Shown: positions 9,798 through 19,852, counted from the first letter of the stretch. The stretch is 32,000 nucleotides of DNA from Vibrio alginolyticus NBRC 15630 = ATCC 17749 (GCF_000354175.2 NC_022349.1:3240001-3272000); one strand, 5' to 3'. Notes: a model not told the origin generated them from the sequence alone. Made by a program: numbers and translations.

Positions 9798-11006
9798 ATG
9801 ACAATTGAAATTCTGGTTCCAGATTTACCTGAATCAGTTGCTGATGCAACCGTAGCGACATGGCACAAACAACCAGGCGACGCAGTAGAGCGTGACGAGG
9901 TTTTGGTTGACATCGAAACAGACAAAGTTGTGCTAGAAGTTCCAGCTCCGGAAGCTGGCGTTTTAGAAGCTATTGTTGAAGCAGAAGGTGCGACAGTACT
10001 TTCTAAACAAATCATTGCTAAATTGAAGCCAGGCGCAGTTGCAGGTGAACCAACTGCAGACAAAACAGAAGGTACTGAAGCATCTCCTGATAAGCGCCAC
10101 AAAGCTGCGCTTAACGAAGAAAGTAATGACGCATTAAGCCCAGCAGTGCGCCGTTTATTGGCTGAACATGGCTTAGAAGCAAGCCAAGTGAAAGGCACTG
10201 GTGTTGGTGGTCGTATTACGCGCGAAGATATTGAAGCGCATCTTGCGAACGCTAAATCTGCGTCAAAAGAAGACTCGCCAGCAGTGGTAGACGTGCCGGC
10301 AGCGGCTCGCAGTCAGAAGCGTGTTCCAATGACTCGCCTTCGTAAGACAGTTGCTAACCGTTTGCTAGAAGCGAAGAACAACACGGCAATGCTAACGACG
10401 TTTAACGAAGTGAACATGAAACCAATCATGGACCTTCGTAAGCAGTACAAAGATCAGTTCGAAGAGCGTCACGGTATTCGTTTGGGCTTCATGTCTTTCT
10501 ACGTGAAAGCAGTAACAGAAGCGCTTAAGCGTTACCCAGAAGTAAATGCTTCGATTGATGGCGATGACATTGTTTACCACAACTATTTCGACATTAGCAT
10601 GGCGGTATCAACGCCACGTGGTCTAGTTACACCTGTCCTAAAAGACTGTGACAAGCTTGGTTTCGCTGATGTTGAAAAAGGCATCAAAGAACTGGCTATC
10701 AAAGGTCGTGATGGCAAGCTAACGGTAGACGAGCTAATGGGCGGTAACTTCACTATCACAAACGGTGGTGTGTTCGGTTCACTAATGTCTACACCAATCA
10801 TCAACCCACCTCAATCAGCGATTCTTGGTATGCATAAGATCCAAGAGCGTCCGATGGCAGTGGATGGCAAAGTTGAAATCTTGCCGATGATGTACCTAGC
10901 GTTATCTTACGATCACCGCCTAATTGACGGTCGTGAATCAGTTGGTTTCCTAGTAACGATTAAAGAGTTACTAGAGGACCCAGCACGTCTCCTATTAGAC
11001 GTTTAA
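9798..11006 (+). CDS. sucB: Dihydrolipoyllysine-residue succinyltransferase (E2 of the 2-oxoglutarate dehydrogenase complex)
   Basis: 402-aa product with lipoyl domain ([12 protein letters not shown]), E3-binding domain ([14 protein letters not shown]) and catalytic DHRLIDG motif. AAGGAAG RBS is present. Confidence 0.97.
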   Translation: MTIEILVPDLPESVADATVATWHKQPGDAVERDEVLVDIETDKVVLEVPAPEAGVLEAIVEAEGATVLSKQIIAKLKPGAVAGEPTADKTEGTEASPDKRHKAALNEESNDALSPAVRRLLAEHGLEASQVKGTGVGGRITREDIEAHLANAKSASKEDSPAVVDVPAAARSQKRVPMTRLRKTVANRLLEAKNNTAMLTTFNEVNMKPIMDLRKQYKDQFEERHGIRLGFMSFYVKAVTEALKRYPEVNASIDGDDIVYHNYFDISMAVSTPRGLVTPVLKDCDKLGFADVEKGIKELAIKGRDGKLTVDELMGGNFTITNGGVFGSLMSTPIINPPQSAILGMHKIQERPMAVDGKVEILPMMYLALSYDHRLIDGRESVGFLVTIKELLEDPARLLLDV

Positions 11007-11015
11007 TATCGCTAA

Positions 11016-11046
11016 AACGTCTAGTTATCGTAGGTAGCTAGACGTT
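11016..11046 (+). repeat. Inverted repeat just after the sucB stop, with a third copy spanning the stop codon
   Basis: AACGTCTAG (11016-11024) pairs with CTAGACGTT (11038-11046). TAGACGTTT at 10997-11005, which covers the TAA stop, can alternatively pair with AAACGTCTA at 11015-11023. Confidence 0.7.
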
Positions 11047-11091
11047 AAAAATTTCAATGGCTAGACTAGCTCAACGTTTGGCCTTCATTTG

Positions 11092-11125
11092 AATCCTTCA
11101 GTATGAGAACTCATGATGAAGGATT
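11092..11125 (+). repeat. Long imperfect hairpin in the sucB-sucC spacer
   Basis: AATCCTTCA (11092-11100) pairs with TGAAGGATT (11117-11125). The inner palindrome ATGAG-AA-CTCAT (11103-11114) extends the helix. Confidence 0.7.
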
Positions 11126-11219
11126 GATTTGAGAAGACCCTACAGACGTACAAGCAGCCAAGACTGCAGCGTTATGGAAATAATAAATCCCTTAAGGGAA
11201 AAACAAACGGAATATCGAA

Positions 11220-12386
11220 ATGAATTTGCATGAATACCAAGCCAAACAGCTGTTTGCAGAATTCGGTTTGCCTGTGCCAGAAGGCTACGCGTGTGATACA
11301 CCACAAGAAGCTTTTGAAGCCGCAGGCCGTATCAGTACAGCCAAGAAAGTAGTTAAATGTCAGGTTCACGCTGGTGGCCGTGGTAAAGCGGGTGGCGTAG
11401 AGCTACACGATACAAAAGAAGGCGTTAAAGAGTTTGCACAGAAGTGGTTAGGTAAAAACCTAGTAACTTACCAAACAGACGCAAATGGTCAGCCAGTAAC
11501 AAAAATCCTTGTTGAAGAAGCTTCAAATATTGCGAACGAACTATACCTAGGTGCGGTAGTTGACCGTGCTAGCCGTAAGATCGTTTTCATGGCTTCTACC
11601 GAAGGTGGTGTGGAAATTGAAAAAGTTGCGGAAGAAACGCCGGAACTCATCCACAAAGCAGCAATTGACCCACTAGTAGGTCCACAAGCTTACCAAGGTC
11701 GTGAGCTAGCGTTCAAACTTGGTCTTGAAGGCGACCAAATCAAACAATTCGTTAAGATCTTTATGGGCCTTGGCACTATGTTTTCTCAGTACGATCTTGC
11801 TCTGCTAGAGATCAACCCACTTGTGATTACTGGTGAAGGCAACTTGCTATGTCTTGACGGTAAGATCAACATCGACTCAAACGCACTGTACCGTCAGCCT
11901 AAGCTTCGTGAAATGCACGATCCTTCACAAGAAGATGAGCGTGAAGCACACGCAGCTCAGTGGGAGCTGAACTACGTAGCACTAGACGGTAACGTTGGCT
12001 GTATGGTTAACGGTGCAGGCCTAGCAATGGGTACGATGGATATCGTAAACCTACACGGCGGCAAACCAGCTAACTTCTTAGATGTAGGTGGCGGCGCGAC
12101 GAAAGAGCGTGTTGCTGAAGCATTCAAGATCATCCTATCTGATGACAATGTGAAAGCGGTACTTGTTAACATCTTCGGTGGTATTGTACGTTGTGACATG
12201 ATCGCAGAAGGTATTATCGGCGCGGTTAAAGAGGTAGGCGTAAGCGTACCTGTTGTTGTTCGTCTTGAAGGCACTAACGCTGACCTAGGTCGCGAAGTTC
12301 TTGCTAATTCTGATGTTGATATCATTGCTGCTGAGTCGCTAACTGATGCTGCTCAGAAAGTTGTTGCTGCTGCGGAGGCTAAATAA
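11220..12386 (+). CDS. sucC: Succinyl-CoA synthetase beta subunit
   Basis: 388-aa product starting [20 protein letters not shown], with the ATP-grasp fold blocks. Its stop overlaps the sucD ATG (TAATG). Confidence 0.97.
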   Translation: MNLHEYQAKQLFAEFGLPVPEGYACDTPQEAFEAAGRISTAKKVVKCQVHAGGRGKAGGVELHDTKEGVKEFAQKWLGKNLVTYQTDANGQPVTKILVEEASNIANELYLGAVVDRASRKIVFMASTEGGVEIEKVAEETPELIHKAAIDPLVGPQAYQGRELAFKLGLEGDQIKQFVKIFMGLGTMFSQYDLALLEINPLVITGEGNLLCLDGKINIDSNALYRQPKLREMHDPSQEDEREAHAAQWELNYVALDGNVGCMVNGAGLAMGTMDIVNLHGGKPANFLDVGGGATKERVAEAFKIILSDDNVKAVLVNIFGGIVRCDMIAEGIIGAVKEVGVSVPVVVRLEGTNADLGREVLANSDVDIIAAESLTDAAQKVVAAAEAK

Positions 12387-13258
12387 TGTCTGTATTAATT
12401 AACAAAGACACTAAAGTAATCTGTCAGGGGTTCACTGGTGGTCAAGGTACTTTCCACTCAGAGCAAGCTATCGCATACGGTACGCAAATGGTTGGCGGTG
12501 TGTCTCCAGGTAAAGGTGGCCAAACTCACCTAGGTCTTCCTGTATTCAACACAGTTCGTGAAGCAGTAGAAGCGACTGGTGCAACAGCGACAGTCATCTA
12601 CGTACCAGCTCCTTTCTGTAAAGATGCAATCCTAGAAGCGATTGACGCGGGTATCGAGCTAATCGTAACGATTACTGAAGGTATCCCTACTACAGATATG
12701 ATCGACGTGAAAGTGAAGCTAGAAGAAACTGGCGTTCGCATGATTGGTCCTAACTGTCCGGGCGTTATCACTCCTGATGAGTGTAAGATCGGTATCATGC
12801 CTGGTCACATCCACAAGAAAGGCAAAGTAGGTATTGTATCTCGTAGCGGTACTCTAACTTACGAAGCAGTTAAACAAACCACTGACGAAGGTTTCGGCCA
12901 GTCTACTTGTGTTGGTATCGGTGGTGACCCAATCCCGGGTTCAAACTTCATTGATATCCTAAAACTGTTCCAAGAAGACCCTGAGACAGAAGCGATCGTT
13001 ATGATCGGTGAGATCGGTGGTACTGCAGAAGAAGAAGCAGCAGCATACATTAAAGAAAATGTAACGAAGCCAGTGGTTTCTTACATTGCTGGTGTAACTG
13101 CACCTTCTGGTAAGCGTATGGGCCATGCTGGTGCGATTATCTCTGGTGGTAAAGGTACTGCTGAAGACAAATTTGCTGCACTAGAAGCGGCTGGCGTTAA
13201 AACTGTGAAATCTCTAGCAGAGATTGGCCAAGGTCTACGTGAAGTGACGGGTTGGTAA
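12386..13258 (+). CDS. sucD: Succinyl-CoA synthetase alpha subunit
   Basis: 290-aa product containing [28 protein letters not shown] and the phosphohistidine loop GHAGAII. Confidence 0.97.
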   Translation: MSVLINKDTKVICQGFTGGQGTFHSEQAIAYGTQMVGGVSPGKGGQTHLGLPVFNTVREAVEATGATATVIYVPAPFCKDAILEAIDAGIELIVTITEGIPTTDMIDVKVKLEETGVRMIGPNCPGVITPDECKIGIMPGHIHKKGKVGIVSRSGTLTYEAVKQTTDEGFGQSTCVGIGGDPIPGSNFIDILKLFQEDPETEAIVMIGEIGGTAEEEAAAYIKENVTKPVVSYIAGVTAPSGKRMGHAGAIISGGKGTAEDKFAALEAAGVKTVKSLAEIGQGLREVTGW

Positions 13259-13284
13259 TCGACCACACTACTTAATAAGTATTA

Positions 13285-13318
13285 AAAAGCCTGCGATTTC
13301 GCAGGCTTTTCTTTTTCC
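13285..13318. terminator. Bidirectional intrinsic terminator between convergent sucD and znuB
   Basis: AGCCTGCG (13289-13296) pairs with CGCAGGCT (13301-13308) around loop ATTT. AAAAA lies upstream and TTTCTTTTT downstream. Confidence 0.85.
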
Positions 13319-13377
13319 GTTTCCGTGGGTTTATGTTTGTTGTTAGCAAGGTCTTTCGCGTTTAATACTCAATGCGA

Positions 13378-14163
13378 TTATGCTTTGCTTTTAATCAGCT
13401 GGCTCAGCATGAATAAGGATGTTGCGCTGATCACTACGGAAGGGCCGGCCGGTGTATCGAAGTGCCATGATAGGCTAAGCCCCATCAGTACTGCCACTGA
13501 GCCAATAATGGATGCGAACAATGCCATTTGCTCTGGTGATGAAGAGACTTTACGTGCTGTTGCTGCTGGGATAATTAGGAGCGAAGTCATGATCAACGCG
13601 CCAACGAACTTCATACCTACTGCGATTACTACACCCACCATTAGCATTAACACCAATCTAACTAAGTCTGTATTCACGCCCTCAACAGCGGCAAGTTCTT
13701 CACTAACAGTGCTAGAAAGCAGTGGGCGCCAGAAGACGTACAAACACGCACTTACCGCAACAACACCTGCGTAAATAAACATCAGATCTTGTGGAGAGAC
13801 GGCAAGTAAGTCCCCAAATAGGTAGCTCATTAAATCGACGCGCACGTTTTCCAAAAAGCTAACCGATACTAAACCGATAGAGAGTGCACTGTGTGCCAAG
13901 ATACCTAACAACGTGTCTGTAGCCACAAGTTGTTGCTTTTGCAGAGTGACAAGCAAAACGGCCAGAGCTAAACAGCAGACGAGTAGCGCAAGGTAGAGAT
14001 TTACGTTGAGCAAGAAGCCCAGCGCTAGGCCCATTAACGATGCATGAGCTAGGGTATCTCCGAAGTAAGCCATTTTACGCCAAACGACAAATGACCCAAG
14101 TGGACCGGCAATGATCGCGATACCAATACCAGCAAGAATAGAAGGTAGGAGAAACTCAATCAT
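13378..14163 (-). CDS. znuB: Zinc ABC transporter permease
   Basis: The track ORF runs to 14208. ATG at 14161-14163 gives [43 protein letters not shown], which matches the E. coli ZnuB N-terminus (261 aa). It overlaps the znuC stop by 8 nt (ATGATTGA). Confidence 0.93.
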   Translation of the reverse strand: MIEFLLPSILAGIGIAIIAGPLGSFVVWRKMAYFGDTLAHASLMGLALGFLLNVNLYLALLVCCLALAVLLVTLQKQQLVATDTLLGILAHSALSIGLVSVSFLENVRVDLMSYLFGDLLAVSPQDLMFIYAGVVAVSACLYVFWRPLLSSTVSEELAAVEGVNTDLVRLVLMLMVGVVIAVGMKFVGALIMTSLLIIPAATARKVSSSPEQMALFASIIGSVAVLMGLSLSWHFDTPAGPSVVISATSLFMLSQLIKSKA

Positions 14164-14944
14164 GATGGTGATGTCCGTGTTTATGGTGGGAGCATGATGT
14201 CGCATCACCGCTTACTGGCGTTCCGGATAAATCGTGATGATGGTGCTCATGGTCGTGATGATAAAACGCGAGAGACTCTCTCGCTGCATTGCCAAATAGT
14301 GCGATGTAAGAAGGGTGCTGAGTAATAGTGGCAGGTGAACCTGAGCAGCAAACATGGTGATGCAGACAAATAACATCGTCCGTTTTCGCCATCACTAAAT
14401 GTAAGTCATGCGACACCATAAATACGCCACAATCAAAGCGATGACGAATGCTCTCAATTAAGTCATAGAGATCGATTTGACCTTGGATATCCACACCCTG
14501 AGCTGGTTCGTCTAATACCAACAGCTGAGGACGCTGAAGCAGAGCGCGAGCCAGTAACACTCGTTGGTTTTCACCACCGGATAAGCGATGCATATTACTA
14601 TTAAGTAAATGTTCAGCGCCAACAAGCCTTAATGCATCAATGCACTCTTGCTTACTGTATTTTCCTGCTAAATTTAGAAAGCGGGTTACATTCAATGGAA
14701 GGGAGTCATTGAGCTTCAACTTTTGAGGAACGTAACCAATTTTCAGTTTTCTTTGTCGGTTCAACTTGCCGCTAGTCGGCTTTTGAAGACCTAAGATAAC
14801 TTTGACTAACGTTGATTTTCCCGCTCCATTGGGACCAATTAGGGTAGTTATTTTGCCCTTTTCTAATTCCATACTAATGTTATCGAGAACTCTGCGGCCA
14901 TCGAACTCGACGCATAACTGCTCAAGATGGACTAAGGAAGACAT
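14156..14944 (-). CDS. znuC: Zinc ABC transporter ATP-binding protein with a His-rich C-terminal tail
   Basis: 262-aa product with Walker [10 protein letters not shown], signature LSGGENQR and Walker B LLVLDEP. The tail reads [36 protein letters not shown]. Confidence 0.95.
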   Translation of the reverse strand: MSSLVHLEQLCVEFDGRRVLDNISMELEKGKITTLIGPNGAGKSTLVKVILGLQKPTSGKLNRQRKLKIGYVPQKLKLNDSLPLNVTRFLNLAGKYSKQECIDALRLVGAEHLLNSNMHRLSGGENQRVLLARALLQRPQLLVLDEPAQGVDIQGQIDLYDLIESIRHRFDCGVFMVSHDLHLVMAKTDDVICLHHHVCCSGSPATITQHPSYIALFGNAARESLAFYHHDHEHHHHDLSGTPVSGDATSCSHHKHGHHHHD

Positions 14945-14967
14945 GAATGAAACTCATTTGCAAATCA

Positions 14968-14990
14968 ATAATGTTATAATGTAACATTAT
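14968..14990. promoter_or_regulatory. Zur box in the znuCB / znuA divergent promoter
   Basis: ATAATGTTATAATGTAACATTAT is a near-perfect palindrome with one arm mismatch. It matches the gammaproteobacterial Zur consensus GAAATGTTATANTATAACATTTC at 9/11 and 8/11 per arm. It contains a perfect TATAAT at 14975-14980. It sits 24 nt from the znuC ATG and 33 nt from the znuA ATG. Confidence 0.8.
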
Positions 14991-15022
14991 CTCACTTTCC
15001 ACGCCATATCCCAAGTAAAACT

Positions 15023-15910
15023 ATGAAAAGAGCATTAATTCTTGCTGCCTCAGCAATGTTAACACTGCCAGCACAGGCGGTAACGGTACTGACGAGTATC
15101 AAACCTATTCAGTTGTTAGTAACAGAGCTTACTCAAGGAGTAACTTCACCAGACGTGTTATTGCAGCCTAACACATCACCCCATGACTACGCTTTGCGTC
15201 CATCGGATGTTAAAAAGGTCGCTTCGGCTGATTTGGTTATCTGGTACGGACATGATCTTGAACCGTTTCTAGAGAAAGTTGTTTCGGATAGATCGAATAC
15301 TTTGACTATTAGTCAAATTCCAAATCTAGAATTGCGTGAATTTGATAGTGAGCACAACCATGACCATGATGGGCACGATCATGGCTCACATGATCCGCAC
15401 TTTTGGCTAGGTGTAAGCCAAGCACAACAAGTGGCCAAGGCTGTTGTGAATCAACTTGTATCACTTGATCCGGAAAATGCAGCTCAATATCAAGCGAACC
15501 TCAAAAAGTTTGAACTCGAGCTAAAAGACACTGACCAACAGATAAAGCAGAAGCTGGCACCAGTAAAAAACAAAGGTTACTTTGTATTCCATGATGCTTA
15601 CGGTTATTTCGAAGATCGTTATGAACTAAATCAAATGGGGCATTTTACTGTGAGCCCAGAGCGCAAGCCAGGAGCGAAGACCTTAATTCAAATTCGTCAA
15701 AAGCTAAGTGGTGGAGATGTGGCTTGTGTATTTTCTGAACCTCAGTTTACCCCGGCTGTCGTTCAGAGCGTAATGAGAGGCAGTGACGTCGCTAAAGGCG
15801 AGCTTGACCCGTTAGGGAGTACAATTGAAGCAAAACCTGGCAGTTACTTTACTTTTCTCAACAATATGGCGAATAGTTTTGAGCAATGCTTGAACAAAAA
15901 GTCAGATTAA
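15023..15910 (+). CDS. znuA: Periplasmic zinc-binding protein of the ZnuABC transporter
   Basis: 295-aa product with a signal peptide (LTLPAQA), the cluster-9 SBP fold blocks (SPHDYALRPSD, HDPHFWL, FHDAYGYF) and the characteristic His/Asp-rich loop EHNHDHDGHDHGSHDPH. Confidence 0.94.
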   Translation: MKRALILAASAMLTLPAQAVTVLTSIKPIQLLVTELTQGVTSPDVLLQPNTSPHDYALRPSDVKKVASADLVIWYGHDLEPFLEKVVSDRSNTLTISQIPNLELREFDSEHNHDHDGHDHGSHDPHFWLGVSQAQQVAKAVVNQLVSLDPENAAQYQANLKKFELELKDTDQQIKQKLAPVKNKGYFVFHDAYGYFEDRYELNQMGHFTVSPERKPGAKTLIQIRQKLSGGDVACVFSEPQFTPAVVQSVMRGSDVAKGELDPLGSTIEAKPGSYFTFLNNMANSFEQCLNKKSD

Positions 15911-16091
15911 GTGCTGTCGTAATGTAGGAGTAGTCTTTTTAACGTGATCCAGTAGTAAGAATTACAACCTTTGGTAAGGCGAGCCTTTTCTCAGAAAGTA
16001 ATTGAGATATCATTACCAATAATTATCAGCTCAAAATAACCGTATCAATCCATGTTTTACAAACGATGAACGGTCACTTTCAGAGCACAAA

Positions 16092-19000
16092 TTGATACAA
16101 AAGGTTTTCGTCTTGCTACGCCAATTAGCCCTTGCTCTGTTGGGCTTTGTCTTATCCTACCAAGCATTTGCGCTTCATAATGCAAATGCAATCTTTTACC
16201 CTTTGCCAACTCAGGCAAAGGGTACTTTTATCGCGGCTAAAAAGTTGTTCTTGGGTGAAAAGGGTGGTTTGTGGATTCATGACGTACACGGGAGAGTCCT
16301 GTTTTACGATGGTCAAACTATATTGCCTAAATCAGGTAGCTTCCTACAAACGTCGGCCAAGCAGTTGGCCTATCATAAAGGTGCTTTTTGGACCTTTATT
16401 GAAAATGAGGTCTATCGAACTTATCCAAATCAGGAGCGACGTTTAGTCTTTAGTTTAAATCCAGGCTCACAAATAAGAAAAATAGGGTCTTCAAAGAACT
16501 ATATTTGGGTGAGTGATGGCGCGCATTTCTATACCTACAATATCGACACTAGCGAGTTAAACTCTTTCTCTCTATTGCAGCTCTATCAACATAGTAATAA
16601 TAGCTACGTTTACATTAATGATGCGGTGCTAGTTGAAACGAAGTGGGCACTAGCAACGACTTCCGGCTTCTATCTTTCTGAAGGTGATAAGTTTGACCAT
16701 GTCGCTGCCTCAGGTCAAAACTACATTGAGAAAGTCTATTATTCACACACGCGAAGAGAAATTTTGATAGGTACATTGCGTGGCGCTTTAATTTTCAACA
16801 TTTACCAGCCTGATAAAGAAGTGATTAGAATTGGCGGCTCACATGTTTTGACATTCGCAGAGACAAATCAAGAGTATTGGGTGGGGACAGAGCATGGCCT
16901 TTATTTGTACTCATTTTTTTCAGGTGAGGTCACCGAAGTCGCGCCTGCAAGTTTTCTTGAGTTAGAGTTAGATAACACGAAGATTTATTCGTTGTTGAGT
17001 GACAATATGGGAGGGATGTGGATTGCGACTAACCAAGGTATTCGTTATTACTCGCTATTTAGTAAAAAATTTGAACGAGTGACCTTTAGTAGTTATGACT
17101 CACACACCCTATCAGGACGAATTCGGCAAACTATTGAAGGTCCTGATGGTGCGCTTTGGTTTGCTGATGACCGAAAGATTTATCGTTCAGGAAAGAGTGG
17201 GATTAACCAAGTCTTAGAGTTGGAGTCGCAGATCAATGAATTTGCGTTTCAAAACGGCATGCTTTGGCTTGCAACCTCAAAAGGGCTGGAAATATTTGAG
17301 CTAAATGGTCTCAACAAGATTACATTTCCTTATTTACAGGTTATGGCCGGACATGCCGTAGAGCATGTGACCGTTGATGGTGATGACCGTCTTTGGGTAT
17401 CAAGCGGATACCATCTTTACAATGTTGATACTGCTGCACAAAGCGTACGAAACTTTGGAAGTGAGTGGCTAGTAAGTCAGTATTTGCCTGCTAAGGTTAC
17501 GCGCCTATATGATACTGAAGATGCCCTATTAATAGGCACCGATCATGGCGTATACCAATACAGTAATGACAACATCCAGTTTATCCGTTTTTCAGAAAAG
17601 TTTGGTGAATCATTAGACATGACCACGGCGGTTGATGGCAGCCAGTGGTTTGCTTCATCTTATGGTGTGTTTAAAACTGATACACGAAGCGATGAAAAAC
17701 GTGTTGTTGAAATGAGTGAGCCCAACGCCAGACCTGCTTGCTTGATCAGAGACAGGCAAGGTATATGGTTAGCTTCCTCTGTCGGTTTAAGCTATTACCA
17801 CCTTTCGGGTGAGTTAGTGAAACATTACTCATCGTCATCAGGCTTAATGAACAATGAGTTCCTCCCTGGTATTTGTAGCGTTATACAGCAGACAGAAATT
17901 GGTGAGCGAGAGCTTGTTCTGGGGTCGAAGTACGGACTCGTAAAAGCAGAAGCATCCAAGCTGCTTGTATCTAATCCCCCAGAGTCTAAGTTTATTGTTA
18001 GCCAAGTTGTGCTTGAAAATGAAGTTCTGCAAGTTGGTAGTGCCGATCTGAATGGGATCACACTGCCATATGGATCTTCGCTGAGTTTTTTATTCGGTGT
18101 GATGCCAAAACCAGACAGTCAAAATTTGTACTATCGATTGAACAACGATGACCCATGGCAAACGTTAGAGGGGGGCCAACTGACACTCGAGCACCTTAGT
18201 TCCGGTGAATATCACTTGCAGGTCAGTAATGAGTCTCAAGTTGCCACTGGAGTCGTTGGTTTAGAATCTCACTTTATCGTCCTTCATCCTTGGTATCTAT
18301 CGCGATTTGCTATTTTAGGCTTTGTCGTAGCTAGTATTGCGGTCGTCGCATTACTTGTTTTCTGGCGCTCTCGCTACGTTGTACAGGCTAACCGTGATCT
18401 AGCAGCTCAAGTGACTCTCAAAACGAATCAGTTAAGACATCAAAGTAGAGTGTTGCTTACGAGCAACCAGCAATTACGTAAACAGATTCAAGTTAGAAAC
18501 CTACTCGTAGACCATGTAGCTCTATCCATAAAATCAAGCGTCGACTTTATTGTGGCGAAACTACCTATGCCTCTCGATACTGCGACGGAGGATCATTTGG
18601 CTAAAACGAATTGGCAGTTAAATGAACTCAAAAGTGTTCCAAGTGATGTAAGTGGTGGGAGTCAGAACTACAACTTGAGTCAGATAACTCAGTCAGTGGT
18701 TGATGTATGGCAAGATGACTTTGCAAAAGCGGGTATTTTGGTAGAGCTAGAAGATGAGAGCAAGCAGAGCCGGGTTGCTCTGGAAAGTTTTAATCTTGAT
18801 GTTATTTTCAATAGCATTTTTGCCAATATCATCAAGCGCTCTTTCCGAGGTCAAACGGTTAGAATTATGCTAGAAGAGGGACATGATATTGTGTCATTGA
18901 GCTTTCTTGATTACGGGACGCAATTACCTAATAAAGTCGCGACTGGGCTTCCATCTAACTTAAATCACTCTGAGTTGAGTATTGACCACCTTGCCCAACT

Positions 19001-19490
19001 AGTGACAACGAGTGGTGGTTATTTGGCTGTCTTCTCTTCTGATGCTCAAAACAAAGTCGAGATTACATGGCCATCTGCGAAGGAAAGGAGTTATCTGGAT
19101 GAACCGCAGCAAGAACTCAATCCTGTAACTATTGCAGAAGATCAAGTCACACCAGAGAAAGAGTGGTTGCAAAAAGTCTATCAATTAGTGGCAGAGCATT
19201 ACCATGATCCTGAATTTGGCACTGCGTCAGCCGCTAAAATGCTGTATATGTCTGAACGCTCTTTGCAGAGACGTTTTAAATCTGCCTCGTCAAGAACGTT
19301 AAAAGACTATGTCACAGAGGTTCGTTTGGAAACGGCGTGTGAAAAGTTATTGGCGGGTGAGAAAATCAGTGAAGTCGCCTTTAACTGTGGCTTTAATGAT
19401 CCATCTTACTTTAGCCAAAAGTTTAAGCTGCATTTTGGTTTGCCCCCTTCCAAGTTTGCTTTGACTCAAGAAAGCCAAGAAATTAACTAG
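16092..19490 (+). CDS. tfoS: Membrane-anchored one-component regulator: periplasmic propeller repeats + Y_Y_Y, one TM helix, degenerate histidine-kinase-like module, no receiver, C-terminal AraC HTH (TfoS-like)
   Basis: 1132-aa ORF. The start is TTG at 16092, with no in-frame ATG nearby and no clear RBS, so the start is uncertain. Domain calls come from motifs read in the translation (see findings). The position between znuA and feoA matches my memory of V. cholerae TfoS. The symbol is assigned on architecture plus synteny, not on an alignment. Confidence 0.6.
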   Translation: MIQKVFVLLRQLALALLGFVLSYQAFALHNANAIFYPLPTQAKGTFIAAKKLFLGEKGGLWIHDVHGRVLFYDGQTILPKSGSFLQTSAKQLAYHKGAFWTFIENEVYRTYPNQERRLVFSLNPGSQIRKIGSSKNYIWVSDGAHFYTYNIDTSELNSFSLLQLYQHSNNSYVYINDAVLVETKWALATTSGFYLSEGDKFDHVAASGQNYIEKVYYSHTRREILIGTLRGALIFNIYQPDKEVIRIGGSHVLTFAETNQEYWVGTEHGLYLYSFFSGEVTEVAPASFLELELDNTKIYSLLSDNMGGMWIATNQGIRYYSLFSKKFERVTFSSYDSHTLSGRIRQTIEGPDGALWFADDRKIYRSGKSGINQVLELESQINEFAFQNGMLWLATSKGLEIFELNGLNKITFPYLQVMAGHAVEHVTVDGDDRLWVSSGYHLYNVDTAAQSVRNFGSEWLVSQYLPAKVTRLYDTEDALLIGTDHGVYQYSNDNIQFIRFSEKFGESLDMTTAVDGSQWFASSYGVFKTDTRSDEKRVVEMSEPNARPACLIRDRQGIWLASSVGLSYYHLSGELVKHYSSSSGLMNNEFLPGICSVIQQTEIGERELVLGSKYGLVKAEASKLLVSNPPESKFIVSQVVLENEVLQVGSADLNGITLPYGSSLSFLFGVMPKPDSQNLYYRLNNDDPWQTLEGGQLTLEHLSSGEYHLQVSNESQVATGVVGLESHFIVLHPWYLSRFAILGFVVASIAVVALLVFWRSRYVVQANRDLAAQVTLKTNQLRHQSRVLLTSNQQLRKQIQVRNLLVDHVALSIKSSVDFIVAKLPMPLDTATEDHLAKTNWQLNELKSVPSDVSGGSQNYNLSQITQSVVDVWQDDFAKAGILVELEDESKQSRVALESFNLDVIFNSIFANIIKRSFRGQTVRIMLEEGHDIVSLSFLDYGTQLPNKVATGLPSNLNHSELSIDHLAQLVTTSGGYLAVFSSDAQNKVEITWPSAKERSYLDEPQQELNPVTIAEDQVTPEKEWLQKVYQLVAEHYHDPEFGTASAAKMLYMSERSLQRRFKSASSRTLKDYVTEVRLETACEKLLAGEKISEVAFNCGFNDPSYFSQKFKLHFGLPPSKFALTQESQEIN

Positions 19491-19852
19491 AAAACCTTCA
19501 TTATACGCTCCCTAGTTAATAGTTAAGATGCTGGGGAGCTGCATACAGTGCTCTATTATTGCTGCAGTTGCTAACGCAGTAAGTTTCATTGTTTCTTCAT
19601 CACATCTAGCCTACAAATCCATTCTCAACACGTAAGCACGATCACGTTCTATCTGTTAGTCGCGATGTTCATAGCAATAAGCATAAATGGCTTCAAGAGA
19701 ATGATTTACTGATAGTTGCAACAAATAAATGACAGTTGTATTGCTGTATCAAAAGAGCGTTGTTCATTTGGGTGAATGATGGCATGCGACATTCGTGAAA
19801 ACGAAAACTGTGTTGAAAAGATGGATAAGGTAAAGAAGTTTTGAAAGAGGTG

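Noticed and set aside
9773-10198. 141-aa minus-strand ORF rich in Ser, Ala and Thr.
   Set aside because: It is antisense to the sucB lipoyl and linker region. It is a shadow frame of an Ala/Glu-rich coding sequence.
13259-13318. An SdhX-like sRNA derived from the sucD 3' UTR, as in enterobacteria.
   Set aside because: The 3' UTR here is only about 55 nt, a terminator plus a short AU-rich stretch. I cannot recognise similarity to the E. coli SdhX seed, so there is no basis beyond analogy.
13325-13774. 149-aa plus-strand ORF.
   Set aside because: It is entirely antisense to znuB, which has a clear orthologue alignment. This is a typical shadow ORF.
16132-16446. 104-aa plus-strand ORF overlapping the 5' part of the large regulator gene in another frame.
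   Set aside because: It is out of frame within a 3.4-kb continuous ORF whose product has coherent domain structure.
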